A stretch of DNA of 64,000 nucleotides, from NCBI GenBank assembly GCA_965113315.1, contig OZ220374.1; one strand, written 5' to 3'. The translations under genes and the position numbers were made by a program. The notes under the pieces were generated by a model, which saw only the letters and a list, made by a program, of their open reading frames with translations, ran no database searches and was not told the origin of the DNA. This stretch comes from Podarcis vaucheri. Lineage: Eukaryota. Shown in pieces: positions 1 through 13,800 of the stretch (its first letter is position 1; every line of letters starts with the position of its first letter).

Positions 1-474
1 GATAAGCCAAACTATGTCTTACAGAGAGTGGCTCGCAGCTGCTGTGCTCCTCCCTGATATTTTTTTACTTCTGCACTGTGCTGTGTTAGGCCAAGGTTTG
101 GTTTAGTAGTACATTGTCCAAACCTGGGCTTGTAATAAACCTGTCTCCTCAATAACCATAAGCCGGCTTTGAAGACATGCTAAACCATACCTTGACTTAG
201 TTCAGCACACAAGTAAAAAGTACTGGGGAAGAGCAAAGTGATGGTGAGCACCTCTCCAGCCTGCACGGTCTCAGTAAGCTTAGTTTGGCTTCCTATGCTG
301 TGTGAAACCAGGGCACTATAAGGCAAGTTCCTGTGTTCCTGTCAATAGATGTTAAATAGCTGATTGGTTAATTTAAATTTGGTACATATTTGTTAAATAG
401 ACAGATATTTATGGGATGTAATGTGCATTGTCTATTGGCAACTCACTACATGCATTATTTTCACCTGTTTTTAG

Positions 475-518
475 CCTTCTTGGGTGACTTTGTCGGTTCG
501 ATGTGGAGTTCTTCTGCC
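475..518 (+). CDS. PAXIP1: PAXIP1 exon ([15 protein letters not shown])
   Basis: ttag acceptor; followed by U12 donor GTATCCTTT. Confidence 0.92.
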
Positions 519-3500
519 GTATCCTTTTTGGTTAAAATGTTAGCATGTATTATGCTTATTTAAAACTTAATACAAGCAGAATATTGGCTAGCACAGCAGC
601 TGTTCTAGAGGATTAATTCTTTATATGACTGAGGCAGTGTTAGTGGATGGTTGCCTTGACTGGATGGATGGGAGGTTGCCTGCTCTTGATAGGGTTACAC
701 TTTCTCTCTGAAGAAGTGGGTACACAGTTTACAGGTACCATTGCTGTCACTTGAGGCTCAGGTGGCCTCAGTAGTGTGGAGTGCCTTCCATCAGCTCTCG
801 CTGGTGGTCCAGCTATGCCTCTTGCTGGACAGCAATAGCTTAACCTCTGTCATCTATGCTCTGGTAACCTTTAGGTTAGATTACTGCAACACATAATACG
901 TTGGGCTGCCTCTGAAGACGGTTTGGAAACTTCAACAGGTGCAGAATTCTGCGGCCAAGTTGCTCACCAGCGCAAGATGGTTTGAGCATATCATACCAAT
1001 CCTGGTCCAGCTGCACTGACTGCCGGTTAGTTTCTGGGCCCAGTTAAAAGTCCTGGTTTTAACCTATTAAGCCTTGTGGCTTAGGACTGCAATACCTTAA
1101 GGAGTGTCTCTCCCCATATGAACTGCCTCAGACACTGCAATCACCACCTGAGGCCCTTTTTCATGTGCGTCCTCTGTGAGAGGTCTGGAGCGCAACAACA
1201 TGAGAACGGACTGTTACAAGTATGTACCTGGACTCACATGTGCACAGGCAGCACTTAGGTATGTTCAGTTACAGTGTAGTAGGTTAGAAAGTTAGAGGCA
1301 AAGGCTATAAACATGTATCAGGAAGTAAAGTATTAGGGAACTCAGGAGGACAAACCTCCAGATAAACATGCATAGGATTATACTATTAAATGATATGTTT
1401 GGACCACCCATTTATTTTTGTGGTTGATGTGTGACTCTAACCTGAATTGGTGAGACCCAAGTTGAAGATTAGGAAACAACCTATTATTATTACCTGTATT
1501 GTTATTATTAGAATTTATATACCGCCCTATACCTGGAGGTCTCAGGGCAGTTCACAGAATAAAATACTTTTAGAAGTATTCATAAGATTTTTCTTAGCTA
1601 TTTGAAAAGCTTTTGGTAAACCTGCACCAGTTATTCACTTTACATCTCATTTATATTATATCCTTGACTTAGTTTTGTCAGAGTAAATGGTTTCTCCCCA
1701 GAATCCTGTCAGATCTTTTTTGGAGTTGCTGCTTGTCTGTCTCAGGTAAGATGTTTATCCAGATAGTTGTATGTTTGTGCTGATAGCCAAATGATGTGTC
1801 AGAAAGTGCTTTCCCCTAAATATCTAGTGGTATTTTTTTTTACCTTTTCTGATAGGTTTCCACTGAAGACCGAAGTACACTGTGGGCTTTGATTACGTTT
1901 TATGGTGGAGATTGCCGGCTGAGCCTCAATAAAAAATGCACTCATTTGATTGTGCCTGAGCCAAAAGGGGTAAGAGTTTTATTATGTGGACATGTTTTCC
2001 CATTTTAATGTTACTTTGACTTTCTGAGATATAGAATCAGCATGATTTATACAAAAAAAGCTTCCCTTGTCAACCTTTTACATTTTTTTGGAGGGATCCG
2101 TTCAATCTGTAGCTGGGAGTGATTTTTAAGCTTTTCATTTCAGAAAGCTTTTGATGAAATCAAAGAAAATTGGCATTCATGTTCATGAAGTACTGGTTCA
2201 TTTGTGTTTTGGTAAAAGATTAAAATATAGAATGGAAAGTAGCAGTAAATTGCTAATTAATTTTCACAGTGGAAGGAAGTTAGACTGGGATCGCCTATTT
2301 ATTTTTTATTTTGTGAAAAATAACCCAGTATTTAATTTTATAAATGATCTGCGGTTGCAGTGGGATAGCCAATTTGCACTAAATATTCAGAAAGGTAAAA
2401 TGGTGAGCAAATTATAAAGATCTTGCATCAGGCAGCAAATTATTTTGAGTAGTACAGTTAAATATGGATGTAGAACCAAGACAGCTTTAGTTTTTTGCTT
2501 ATATCACATGAACCTCAGTTTATTCCAGCCTTGTAAACCAGCCTGCAAAAGTTACTACCTTGTAATAGAAATCAATAGCCATGTTTTTTCTGGGATCAGA
2601 AGTCGGTGTACCCCTTGCATAGCAGCCTGTTCTGCTGGGTACAGGGAAGGAACACTCACCACTCCACTCACCTCTATGTGCTTATGTGCACGAAATTCCT
2701 TGCTGTGAATGGCTGCCAGACTAGTGCTTAAATAAAAGGTTGATTTATTCCTGCTATTTAAGTCTCCAAGTTGCATTTATTTGGCTGGAAAGCCCTTCAG
2801 TGTTCTCAAGTACTGTATCAATACTTCAGGCTGTATTACACAAGAATTGCTGTGGTAGTTAAAACTTCCCCACATCAGGACTGCCTGGTCATTAAAGTAC
2901 CTAAAAATAGGATGTTGGCACCATTATAACTTTTTTTTGTATTTAAAATGCTTATCTCTTTTTGCCAATTTTTCTCTTTGCCTTTTTCTTTCTTTCTCTC
3001 CCTTGTTGCCCAGCAGGCTGCAAGAAAAGGAAGAGATCACTCTTGTCAGAGGTCAGATTGATAGGTTTCAGAGGGTTTTTGAAATTAGTCTGAGGGTTGC
3101 AGGTTGTCCACTTACATTTTAGAGGACTGAGTAACTAAGATTTTAAGGAGTTTATAATCTTAGAAAGAGTTTATAATTTTATTTATTATTAGTAACCAGG
3201 AATGTAACTTGTTGAGCTGATGTAAACCAATATACAAAACTAACACTATCTAAAAGCTAAATTGACTCATAATTGGAATGTTTTTGTTCTTCTCAGGAGA
3301 AATATGAATGCGCCTGTAAAAGAGAAAACATTAAAATTGTGACACCTGACTGGGTTTTGGATTCTGTATCTGATAAAACTAAAAAAGATGAGGCTTCCTA
3401 TCATCCACGATTAATTATATATGAGGAAGAGGAAGAAGAGGAGGAAAATGAAGATCAGGATTCTCAAAATGAAGCCAGCACAGATGAAAAGTTGTCAAGT

Positions 3501-5325
3501 CCAGCATCTTCTCGAGAAGGCTCACCTTTGGGTGATCGAGCTTTTTCACCTAAATCTATTGATGCTGATAAAACGAAAGGAGAACTGATGTTTGATGATT
3601 CATCAGATTCGTCTCCTGAAAAGCATGAAAGAAATTTGAACTGGACACCTGCTGAAGTTCCACAGAATACAGCAAAGCGCAGATTGCCTTCAGGCAAGGA
3701 TTCTGGATTGATAAATTTGTGTGCCAATGTCCCACCTGTCCCAGGCAATATTTTGTCTTCTGAGATGAGAAGTAATATAATGGCTTCAGTACAAAGTCCT
3801 CAAAGTTCTGGACGTCCCGAAATGATGGCTGCATGGAGTCCTGCAGTACGGACATTAAGAAATATTACCAATAATGCTGATATTCAGCAGGTTAATAGAC
3901 CATCAAATGTTGCGCATGTAAGTATCTTAAAGTACAAGTTAAAAAAAATGTTTGGAAGTGAGTGGCTTTTATGACTTTGATACTATAAAATACAAAGAGA
4001 ATTGTTGTAAGGATTACAACTAGATAACGCATGTGAAGTGGTTTTAGTGCCAGAAAGCACTATAGAAATGCTGTGTTGCACTCAAACAATTACAGAAGTT
4101 TTAGTACATTGATTACAGTGGTAACTTGGCTTACAAACTTACAAATGGAACACACACAACAGGAAGCGGAACATGTTTTGCTTCCAAGGAAAAGTTCACA
4201 AACCAAAACACCTACTTACGGGTTTGCAGCGTTCTTAATCCAAGTTGTTCATAAACTCAGCTGTTCTTAAACCAAGGTACCACTGTATATGAGTTTAAAT
4301 TTTCTTTCCGGTGATTTTTTAATCCTTTAGTGTAGTTGGGCATAGTCTTTTCATATTTTATCCTATGCTTGTACGTGTGCCGAGCCACATGCCCTTTTAC
4401 TTTACCAAGGCCTGCAACATGCAGAAGTCTTCTAAATTAAAAAGAAATAGATGATAGAAAATGTGAAAACATGTTCTTAATTGTGCAAGTGAGCAAATCA
4501 GATACAGTGCTGTGGAAATGAGGAGCAAATACGTAATTCATATGCAATTTGAAAGTGTTCTTTAGATCAGTAAATATTTTCCCCATGGTAACTTATCATT
4601 CCATGATTACTATTTGAGGGGTTCCCTTCAGGGTTTTTTCCTTTAAAAAAATGTATTTCTTTACATTTTGTTGCCTTCCTTAGCCTTCTGATACATCTCT
4701 TAGGTGTGGATAGTATCATTTGGCTGCATAAGTACCAATGCTCATCTCAACTTCAGAAATAGAAGAAACTACTGGAAGAGAAAAATGAGCACAGAATTTT
4801 TACTGTATATTTCTTTTTAATTATGCTAGCCTTTCTCTTAATGTGCGAAGTGTAGAAGCATAATGCTGTGTTGCATGTTTTATATCACACTTCCTACAAC
4901 ATTTACCTACCTCTGTGCGATCTGTACATTGGGACCTCTTGAAAATTCTCCCATTTGCCAATGAATATAAACTTTCTGTTAATTTGTATTCAAAATAACT
5001 GTTTTGTGGAATAACTAAATGCTTTCCTCTATTAATTAGACTTCTAATAAAGTATAGTTTTAGTTGAATGTATTAGAAAGTTTTCAGATTTGATTTATGC
5101 TTTTCTGTTTTCAGTGAAATGTTTTGAAGGAAAGTTTACATGCATCCTTTTGTTTTCTAGATCTTGCAATCACTTTCTGCTTCTACAAAAACTTTGGAGC
5201 AGCAAGTAAACCATAGCCAGCAGGGACATTCAAATGCTGTGTTGCTTGGTCAAGTTAAATTGACTCCAGAGACACACTTACTACACCAGCAGCATCCACC
5301 TCAGCAGTCACAGCAGCAACAGCAG

Positions 5326-5357
<32 letters not shown>

Positions 5358-7919
5358 GCAGCAGCAGCACCTCCCTCTCTTGCATCTTCCATCCCAACAA
5401 ATTGTGCAGTTGCAGCAACAGCAGCAGCCACAGCAGCCTCAGATTACTCAACAGTCTTTCTCTCAGCAGCCTCATCAGTTTGTGCAACAGCAAGTTCATC
5501 AACACCAATTCTCACAGCAGCAGTTACAGTTTTCTACACAACAGATACATTCTCAGCAGCAAGTACATCGTCCTCAACAACAGTTGCAATTTCAGCAGCA
5601 GCATGCCTTGCAACAGCAGTTGCAGCAGCTACAGCAACAGCAGCTACAGCAACAGCAGCTGCAACTACAGCAGCAAAACCTTCAACAACAGTTACAGCAG
5701 CAGCAACTACAGCAGCAACATTTGCAACGAATGCAGCAGCAGCAGCAGCAGCAACAACAACAACAAATGCAAAATCAAGCATCTCAACTCTTGACCCAGA
5801 CTTCTCAGACATTGCAGCATCAGGTTCCAGTTCAGCCATCACAGCATGCTCAGCAGCAACAGTTGCAGCAGCAGCAGCAGCAGCAGCTCTTTGGGCATGA
5901 TCCATCCATAGAAAGTTAGTAATTCTGTTCTCGTGTATGTTAGCTGAGGCTTTAATTACACTTATTTAAATAGTAGAACACTCCTCGCCCCCTTTCTGAC
6001 CCAGTGGGTCTACAATGTGTCTTACAAATCTAATTAAAAGGTTCATGTAAGAGTGACGATATAAAACATCAGACAAGCAGTAAAAGAGCAGCTGAGATCA
6101 GAGCAAGCAATTCTCCAAACAAAATACCAATGGTGATCTGATTGCGAACCATCTTTGTTGACAGCTTGAAAACCAAGAGTAGAGTAAGGTAGAACAAACC
6201 ACATCTGGAAGTGAGTTTCTCAGCACGGTGCCAAGGCCAAAAAATAGTTTCAGCTACAAACTTTCACATAGGAGATTCTTCTAGTTCAAACATTTTCCAA
6301 GACTTTTTTGTATTTGATAATTTACATGTGTTATGGGGTCATTGTCAGTCCTCCATTTCAGTGGACATGCTCAAGTATAGAGCTTGTTGGAATGAACTCA
6401 TGGCCTATTTTTATTAGACCCACCAGTGCTCTCATTGTTTACAGTCTACTAAGCATTTTTCACAATGCATCCAAATACTAGTGAAGGGCAGTCTCTGTGC
6501 GGTGCTTCTTCACTTTTGTATGTACGGTAATGGGCAGAGGGAATAACCCATGCACAGTACCTGAGGTGATGTGTGCACAATGCAACTCCAGTTCACAGAA
6601 CTGTTTCTGCATCTGCAGAACACCCTTTAAATTCAGCCACTTGCTTTCCAACACCAATCTAAAGTTTGCTGGGAAGTGGAGGACCTTGCAGGTGTGCTTA
6701 TGTTCTGTGAGCTATAGCAAGTTTCAATCTTTGAAGAGATGAGTACAGCAGTAAATGAAGACCTTTTTACTATTAATGGTAGCCCATTAAATAAGAGAAA
6801 ATATGCTAGAGTATTTTGTATTAATTTAATTTTTATTACTCTTCTAGTTCCAGAAGACTATTTTCTGTTGGGTTGTGTCTTTGCAATTGCTGATTATCCT
6901 GAGCAGATGTCTGATAAACAATTACTGGCAACATGGAAAAGGGTAATTATTTGTTCTGTTTGTGAATATTTTTCAGTTTTGTGCATTAGTTTTTCAGTTT
7001 CTTAAACAAAAATAGGTATATTTAAAAACCAACAAATTGTTTTATTTTTGACTTACCAGATTATTATATATATTCCATGTCTATAATATGTATGTTACCA
7101 ACAAAGCACACAAAACTTCATCATCTTTGTTCTCCTTTTAACTGATTTTTACTATTACTAGCTTCAAACATAATTTCTGCCTTTCTTTGTTATCTGTTTA
7201 TCAGAGGTCCATCTGCCAAAATTTCCCATTACTCTCAAGTAACAAGCTTACTAGTTAGGTTTTGTGCAAAATACAGTGATAAGAGCCTTCACAGGTTTTA
7301 AACTATGGCACATATGTAACATGGCAAAAAAATTCAATAAGTGTTGTTTGATTAACAAACCTTTTAAGTGTGTCTAGTTTTTATTTTTCTAGATAATCCA
7401 AGCAAATGGCGGTACAGTAGATCCCACATTCACAAACCGGTGTACACATCTTCTCTGTGAAAGTCAGCTTAGTAATATGTATGCTCAGGTAAGACCAAAT
7501 GGCACAAATGTACTTACCTATGTTTGTAAGAGCTGTTTATTTCCTTACATTGAATGATATAATAGTTCAGGAACAATTTATTACAAAGGTGAAAGTATCT
7601 ATAGATACATAATTTATGTTCTGCCAGTCTTTTGCTGCTAGTAACCTCAAGGCAACTTAAAACTGTAAAATACAATTTTAAGCATATAGTTTCAAACAGC
7701 AATAACATAAGATTCTCTGTGCAGTCATGTCCTGTAGCTAGGTCTTCTCCCTCCTCCTGAGTAGACCATTCCTCCTAGGTATTCCCCTGCTGTTATAGCT
7801 GTTTGGCAGCCAAACGAGTACTCATGCTATGACTTGGGGCTTCCCATCTGCTCTGTACGACCTTTGTTCTGAGGCCCAGGAGGCAATTGTGAAGAATTGG
7901 GGATGGGGTTAGAGGGCGC

Positions 7920-7971
<52 letters not shown>

Positions 7972-10830
7972 GGGAGAGAGGGGGGGGGACTTGAATAGGA
8001 AAGAGACAGAATACAAGAAATAAATATATATTGTATCTTTTGGTTGTTGTTCTGTAGATTGTGGTAGTTGTATGCTCCCTACAGTTGAGAGTGACTAACC
8101 TAAGGATTGGTGGGCCTGTATCAGAGATGGCACTCACTGCAGTCTGAGGACTTTGGCTCATCTGTATCCCATACCAACCTCATTTTTGTTTGAAAGTGGG
8201 TGGCTAAAAGCTTTATAAACCTAAAGCAGCAACATATATATATTTAAAATATTCTCATACATACCTACTAAAATTTATATGTACAGTGACAATGTTTTGC
8301 ATTTGTGTTGCAGGCTTTGAGAGAAAGGAAGAGATGTATCACAGCACACTGGTTGAACTCTGTGCTAAAAAAGAAGAAAATGGTACCACCTCACCGAGCT
8401 CTTCATTTTCCTGTAGCATTTCCACCAGGAGGGAAACCATGTTCACAGCATGTAAGAAATTAACTCTAGCATTTTGCTTGGAAGGTGCTGTTGCTATTTT
8501 TTTTTTTTACTTCAAGCAGCTTTTAATGTCGGAAGATATAAAAATGAGCAAATATGTAACGTCCTGTCTCTGAGAATATTTTACAACTCGTAATTGGAAT
8601 TAATAAAATTACATGATTGAATTCAGGATTTTTTTTGTACTGCACCTAAATATATTTATGTAAATGGGATATATTTCCTTGCTGTGCAGTTTAAGTTATC
8701 TTTAAATCTCAGGTGTGGAACTGGTTTGTTTGTTACTCCTTTTTATGTGAGGATTACTGCATTATGAAGGGTTTTCTGTTCGATGGTAAATTTGGTTATC
8801 ACATTGAGAGTTAGGCAAATGGTTCAATTTATGAAAATGATATCATAAAGCAAGAATGGAGAACAGGGGCCCCTCTAACATTCCTGACCTTTGGCCATAC
8901 TGACCATGACTGAGATTTGGAAGTCCAACAATATCTGGAGGGGTATAGACTATGAACCCCTGTCATAAAGTGACTGCCTGAAGATTTTACCACTTCATAT
9001 TCGAATGTTTGGTTTGGACCGTTTCTGTCAAGGGTTGCTTACACCTTGAATCTTCCTACATCAATTAATAATTCCACGAAATGAACCTTGGAATCTTTTG
9101 GGGCTAAAAGGCAGTACGAAAAGATTTAGATAAATAGAAAAATGTCTGGCTGCAGTTATGTGTCCACATTTTGAGAATGAGAAGAGTTACTGTTTCATAA
9201 AGGTAAAGGTAAAGGTACCCCTGCCCAAACGGGCCAGTCTTGCCAGACTCTGGGGTTTGTGCGCCCATCTCACATTTATTGGCCGGGGGCCAGCGCTGTC
9301 CGGAGACACTTCCGGGTCACGTGGCCAGCGTGACAACGCTGCTCTGGCGAGCCAGAGCCGCACACGGAACGCCGTTTACCTTCCCGCTGGTAAGCGGTAC
9401 CTATTTATCTACTTGCCCCCGGGGGTGCTTTCGAACTGCTAGGTTGGCAGGCGCTGGGACCGAGCAGCGGGAGCGCACCCCGCCGCGGGGATTCGAACCG
9501 CCGACCTTTCGATCGGCAAGCCCTAGGCGCTGAGGCTTTAGCCCACAGCGCCACCCGCATCCCTTTACTGTTTCATAGCATACTTCAAATTAACTGAAGA
9601 CTTGGGAAGAAAAGGTTACCCATAATATGTACTTAAAGAATAGGACACTTTTGGTAGGCATTGAAAGATGGGCAAGGAGACACATACTACAAATGACCAA
9701 GAGAGATTTACAACTTTTTCTGATAGCATTTATTTGAAATTTCTGTTTACTCATATTTCTGATGGGTGAATCATCTTCTGTTCCAGATAATCTCAGTGAC
9801 AGGTTTTGTTGATAGTGACAGAGATGATCTCAAGCTGATGGCCTACCTCTCAGGTGCAAAGTACACAGGCTATCTTTGTCGCAGCAACACAGTTCTCATC
9901 TGTAAAGAGTAAGTGGCTTATATTTATTTTGATTTTTTTATTAACCATGATATATCATCATCAACCTTTATTATGGTCCAGAGACCCAACAAATTGTTAC
10001 AAAGCAATACCCAATTCATACAGCCTACCTCCAGGTTAAACAAGCATTTCGTTCAGAATATAGGGATCATTGGTTCTTGCAACCACCGACAAAAACTTGG
10101 CCACTGCTAATGTTCTAGCATTTGTCCGGTCTTCCAATAGGAACCTGGCATAGTGAGCCTATGATTTTCCTGGGAAAAGTACCAGCAAGGTACTTGCTCA
10201 TATTTTGCACAGTGCAACAAAATATGTTTTATGGAATTGATATCTTGAGCACACGAGCAAAGTCTGTCCTGGTAGGGAACTCCTCTCAACCTGCCATCCA
10301 ACACTGCAGAAGGAAAGACATTTAGTCTGGCTTTGGTGAAAAGCCTTCGATAATTTCATACTGTAGGGTTTTTAATGTAAGATGTTAACTTAAAGACATG
10401 CCCACTACACCAGTGTGGTGTAGTGGTTAAGAGCGATAGACTTGTAATCTGGGGAACCGGGTTCGTGTCTCCGCTCCTCCACATGCAGCTGCTGGGTGAC
10501 CTTGGGCTAGTCACACTTCTCTGAAGTCTCTCAGCCCCACTCACCTCACAGAGTGTTTGTTGTGGGGGAGGAAGGGAAAGGAGAATGTTAGCCGCTTTGA
10601 GACTCCTGAAGGGGAGTGATAAAGCGGGGTATCAAATCCAAACTCCTCCTCCTCCTCCTACTCCTACTGCCAGCGGACTACAGACTGCGTGTGATCGAGA
10701 TTGCAAGTCACCATGATATATAAATAATATTGTTACAATTTGTGAAAATATTAGTGAGTATAAAATTATAAAATAAACAGAGAAGTTATTACATTCTAAA
10801 AAAATTATCCCGATTGGTATCTTTTGTTTT

Positions 10831-10889
<59 letters not shown>

Positions 10890-13800
10890 GAGAGAGAGAG
10901 AGTGTGTTTCATAAATTGGTTTTATATGTGCAATTGTTTTAAATTTTTATTTATGCAATTGTTTGATACAAGTTTTTATTGTAAATGGCTTTGGGATGCC
11001 TCATGGGAAGCAATTCATAAATGAAAATAAATAAGATGTTTAGTATCATTTGTGTCTCTTTTCCCTCCGTAACAAGGCCAACTGGTTTAAAGTATGAGAA
11101 AGCCAAAGAGTGGAGGATACCATGTGTGAATGCGCAATGGCTCTGTGATATATTACTTGGAAATTTTGAAGCACTGCGGCAAATACAGCACAATCGATAC
11201 ACAGTATTCAATCTTCAAGAACCACTTGCTCCTAATCAACATCTGGTTTTAAACCTTCTTGGTAAGAAGAGTTGCCAGACATACAGCATAGCAAATGTTA
11301 GTTTTCTGCAGTAAAGAAATATATGAATAAATATATATGTTGCTCAGACTTACGAACTTTGCATGGCTTGGGACATGTCAGTATGGCTGTTGCTTGGGTT
11401 TCTGATTTACTGTTCTAACTAAGCAAGGTTTACTCAGAAGGAAGCCCCATAGGAAATGACATTCATTCCCTTTAAAGACTTTTAGGATTGCACTGCTAGA
11501 ATGTTTGTGCAAAACTGGAAGCAACACATGAAATAAAGGGTAGTACATATTTACTTTCCTAATGTGAACTGCACCACTTTTGGGGTATGTTCCATGCATA
11601 CTTGTCAGATATGTGTGTGTAATTAGCATGAAAAGACTGTATGCACTGAATTAGTGTGGTGGAATGTAAAGAAAATATATGTCCTCATGTCAAAACTTGT
11701 TCTTTCCTGTTCATTGTTCCCAGATGCTTGGAGAGTTCCACTAAAAGTATCGTCAGAACTTCTAATGGTATGTGGATTTGCTAATAATTTATTTACTTTA
11801 ACTGCTATTTCAGTGGGGACATAAATCTGTTTGGACAAAGGAATATAAATGCTTAAAAGATTCATTTGTTTAAGATACACTTATGCTGTCCTTTGTTTAA
11901 AATTGATTCCAGGGCAGTTTACATAATATAAGAATAAAGAATCCAATTTTAAAAATATGATTTGCTATTTAAATGATCTTTGAACGTGTTTGGATTTTTT
12001 GCAGAGGCATATTAGCAATACAAGTTTGACAAGAGTGACAAGTGAAAATGAAAGTGAAAACTTAAGAAGTTCTTATGGCTGCATCAGGGTGGTGGGAGTA
12101 CATACATTTGGGGCTGTGGCTTTTCTCATGCTAAACCAGGGGTCAGCAACCCGCGGCTCCGGAGCCGCATGTGGGTCTTTTACACCTTTGCCGCGGCTCC
12201 GGGGCGGAAACTAGCAAGGGGAAGGCGCATTGTGCGCCCCGACACTCCCCACTGTGGCGGGCGCTGTACTGGCTGTGACGTCGCATGGGGGCGGTGCGTG
12301 CGTTAGTCACGCACCGCCCCGACGTCACCTTCCCGCCCGCCCGCTACATTGTAAGGGGCATGTACGCTGGTCACCACATTGAAAGGGGGCATGTACTCTG
12401 GTCACTGTTTTGAAGGGGAGTGAAGAACACACACACAAAAAAGCTAACTTGTTAATTTAATGTTTATTTCTATGAGGAGTAATTCTGAGGGGTCAAACAA
12501 AGAAATAATAAAAAAGTGACAAAAAAGTTATTTTTATAATGACGAGTTTTGCAGCTCCCAGGTTTTTTTTCTTCGGAAACGGGTCCAAGTGGCTCTTTTT
12601 GTCTTAAAGGTTGCAGACCCCTGTGCTAAACTATAGTTTAGCGTGGCACTGACACCAGGCCATGTCTTGAACAACCTTCAGTTTTGATACTGCTTTCTGT
12701 TGACAATTTCTAATATAATTATTTGATGACTGATGAAGCATACTAGGTTGTGTAGTATGCACATACACAAACTAATTAACCTTTCTCCAAAAGGTTTTAA
12801 ACTGCATCTAGTCTCCTATGCTGAGACGTTAAGTGTGCTAAATTTGTTTTTATTTTAGTTACTATGGCTAAAAGATTTTGCTGTGAAATAGTAAATAATT
12901 ATTAGAGGGGAAGTGTGTGTGTGTGTGTGTGTGCGCGCGCGCGCGCTTATATATTTCTATATTATTTGTTGTAGGGTGTGAGATTACCACTAAAACCAAA
13001 GCAAAATGAATCGGTAATTCAACCGTCAAGCAAGCGGCCAAGGTAAGAAAGTGGCCATTCTCCAACGTGTCACATTCTTAGTCTATTAAATAAAGTTATC
13101 AAAACTACTGCTAAAACCTCTGGAAATCTCTCTGTCTAGAGTGGCAAACTGCAATCCTAGGGGACGACTGCAGTATTTTGGGCTCCTCTGTCTCAGGACT
13201 CTCAGCACTTCTCAAACTTGGATTCCCAGCTGTTGTTGGATTACAACAGCTGAGGACCCAAATTTGAGAAATACTGACTAGTCTATAGGAGTGCCTGGCG
13301 TGCTCTGGTCCATGGGATCACGAAGAGTCGGACATGACTAAACGACTAAACAACAACAGGCTATATTGCCTTCCTAGTTCTCAACCTTGCTTTGCACCTT
13401 CCTTGTGTTCTTTTGCCTGGGTGGAATGCGCTCTTGAACTATGATGAGGTCTCTTGCTTGCATTGATGGAAGATTGAGAAATTTGTACTGTGTGTGTGTA
13501 GAAACCTTTGGGCTGGACCTTTGTGTGTACTTTGCAAAGGTAAGAGTTGCACCTGCTGCTCCACCCACTTTTGCCTCTGGCCCATTCAACACTAGCATGT
13601 TGATCTCTGAAGGTCCCCTATGAGGGCCCCTTCATGGCCTGAAAAACGTTCCCCAGCCCTGCTCTATATTATCATTTTGCTGATGATTATTTAGAGAGAC
13701 ACTTGTCCTTTGGAAAGTGAACAGTTTGGAGGGAGGAGAGAGGGTGCAAACTAAGTCAAAGTATGTAAGAAAACATTAACCTTGAAATAATGCCATACGT

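Noticed and set aside
1-310. Degenerate palindromic sequence at the window start
   Set aside because: Probably an old DNA-transposon relic, but the ends and TSD cannot be defined.
3464-3855. Antisense ORFs over the large PAXIP1 exon
   Set aside because: Shadows of real coding sequence with no independent signals.
5308-5905. PolyLeu, polyAla and polySer ORFs (5308..5508-, 5534..5905-, 5402..5794+)
   Set aside because: Alternative-frame and antisense shadows of the CAG/CAA-rich PAXIP1 exon.
9158-9533. Recurrent 60-100 aa ORFs (also 22052, 14122, 19858, 34669, 35035, 43128)
   Set aside because: Translations of non-coding SINE and MITE copies; they recur because the repeats recur.
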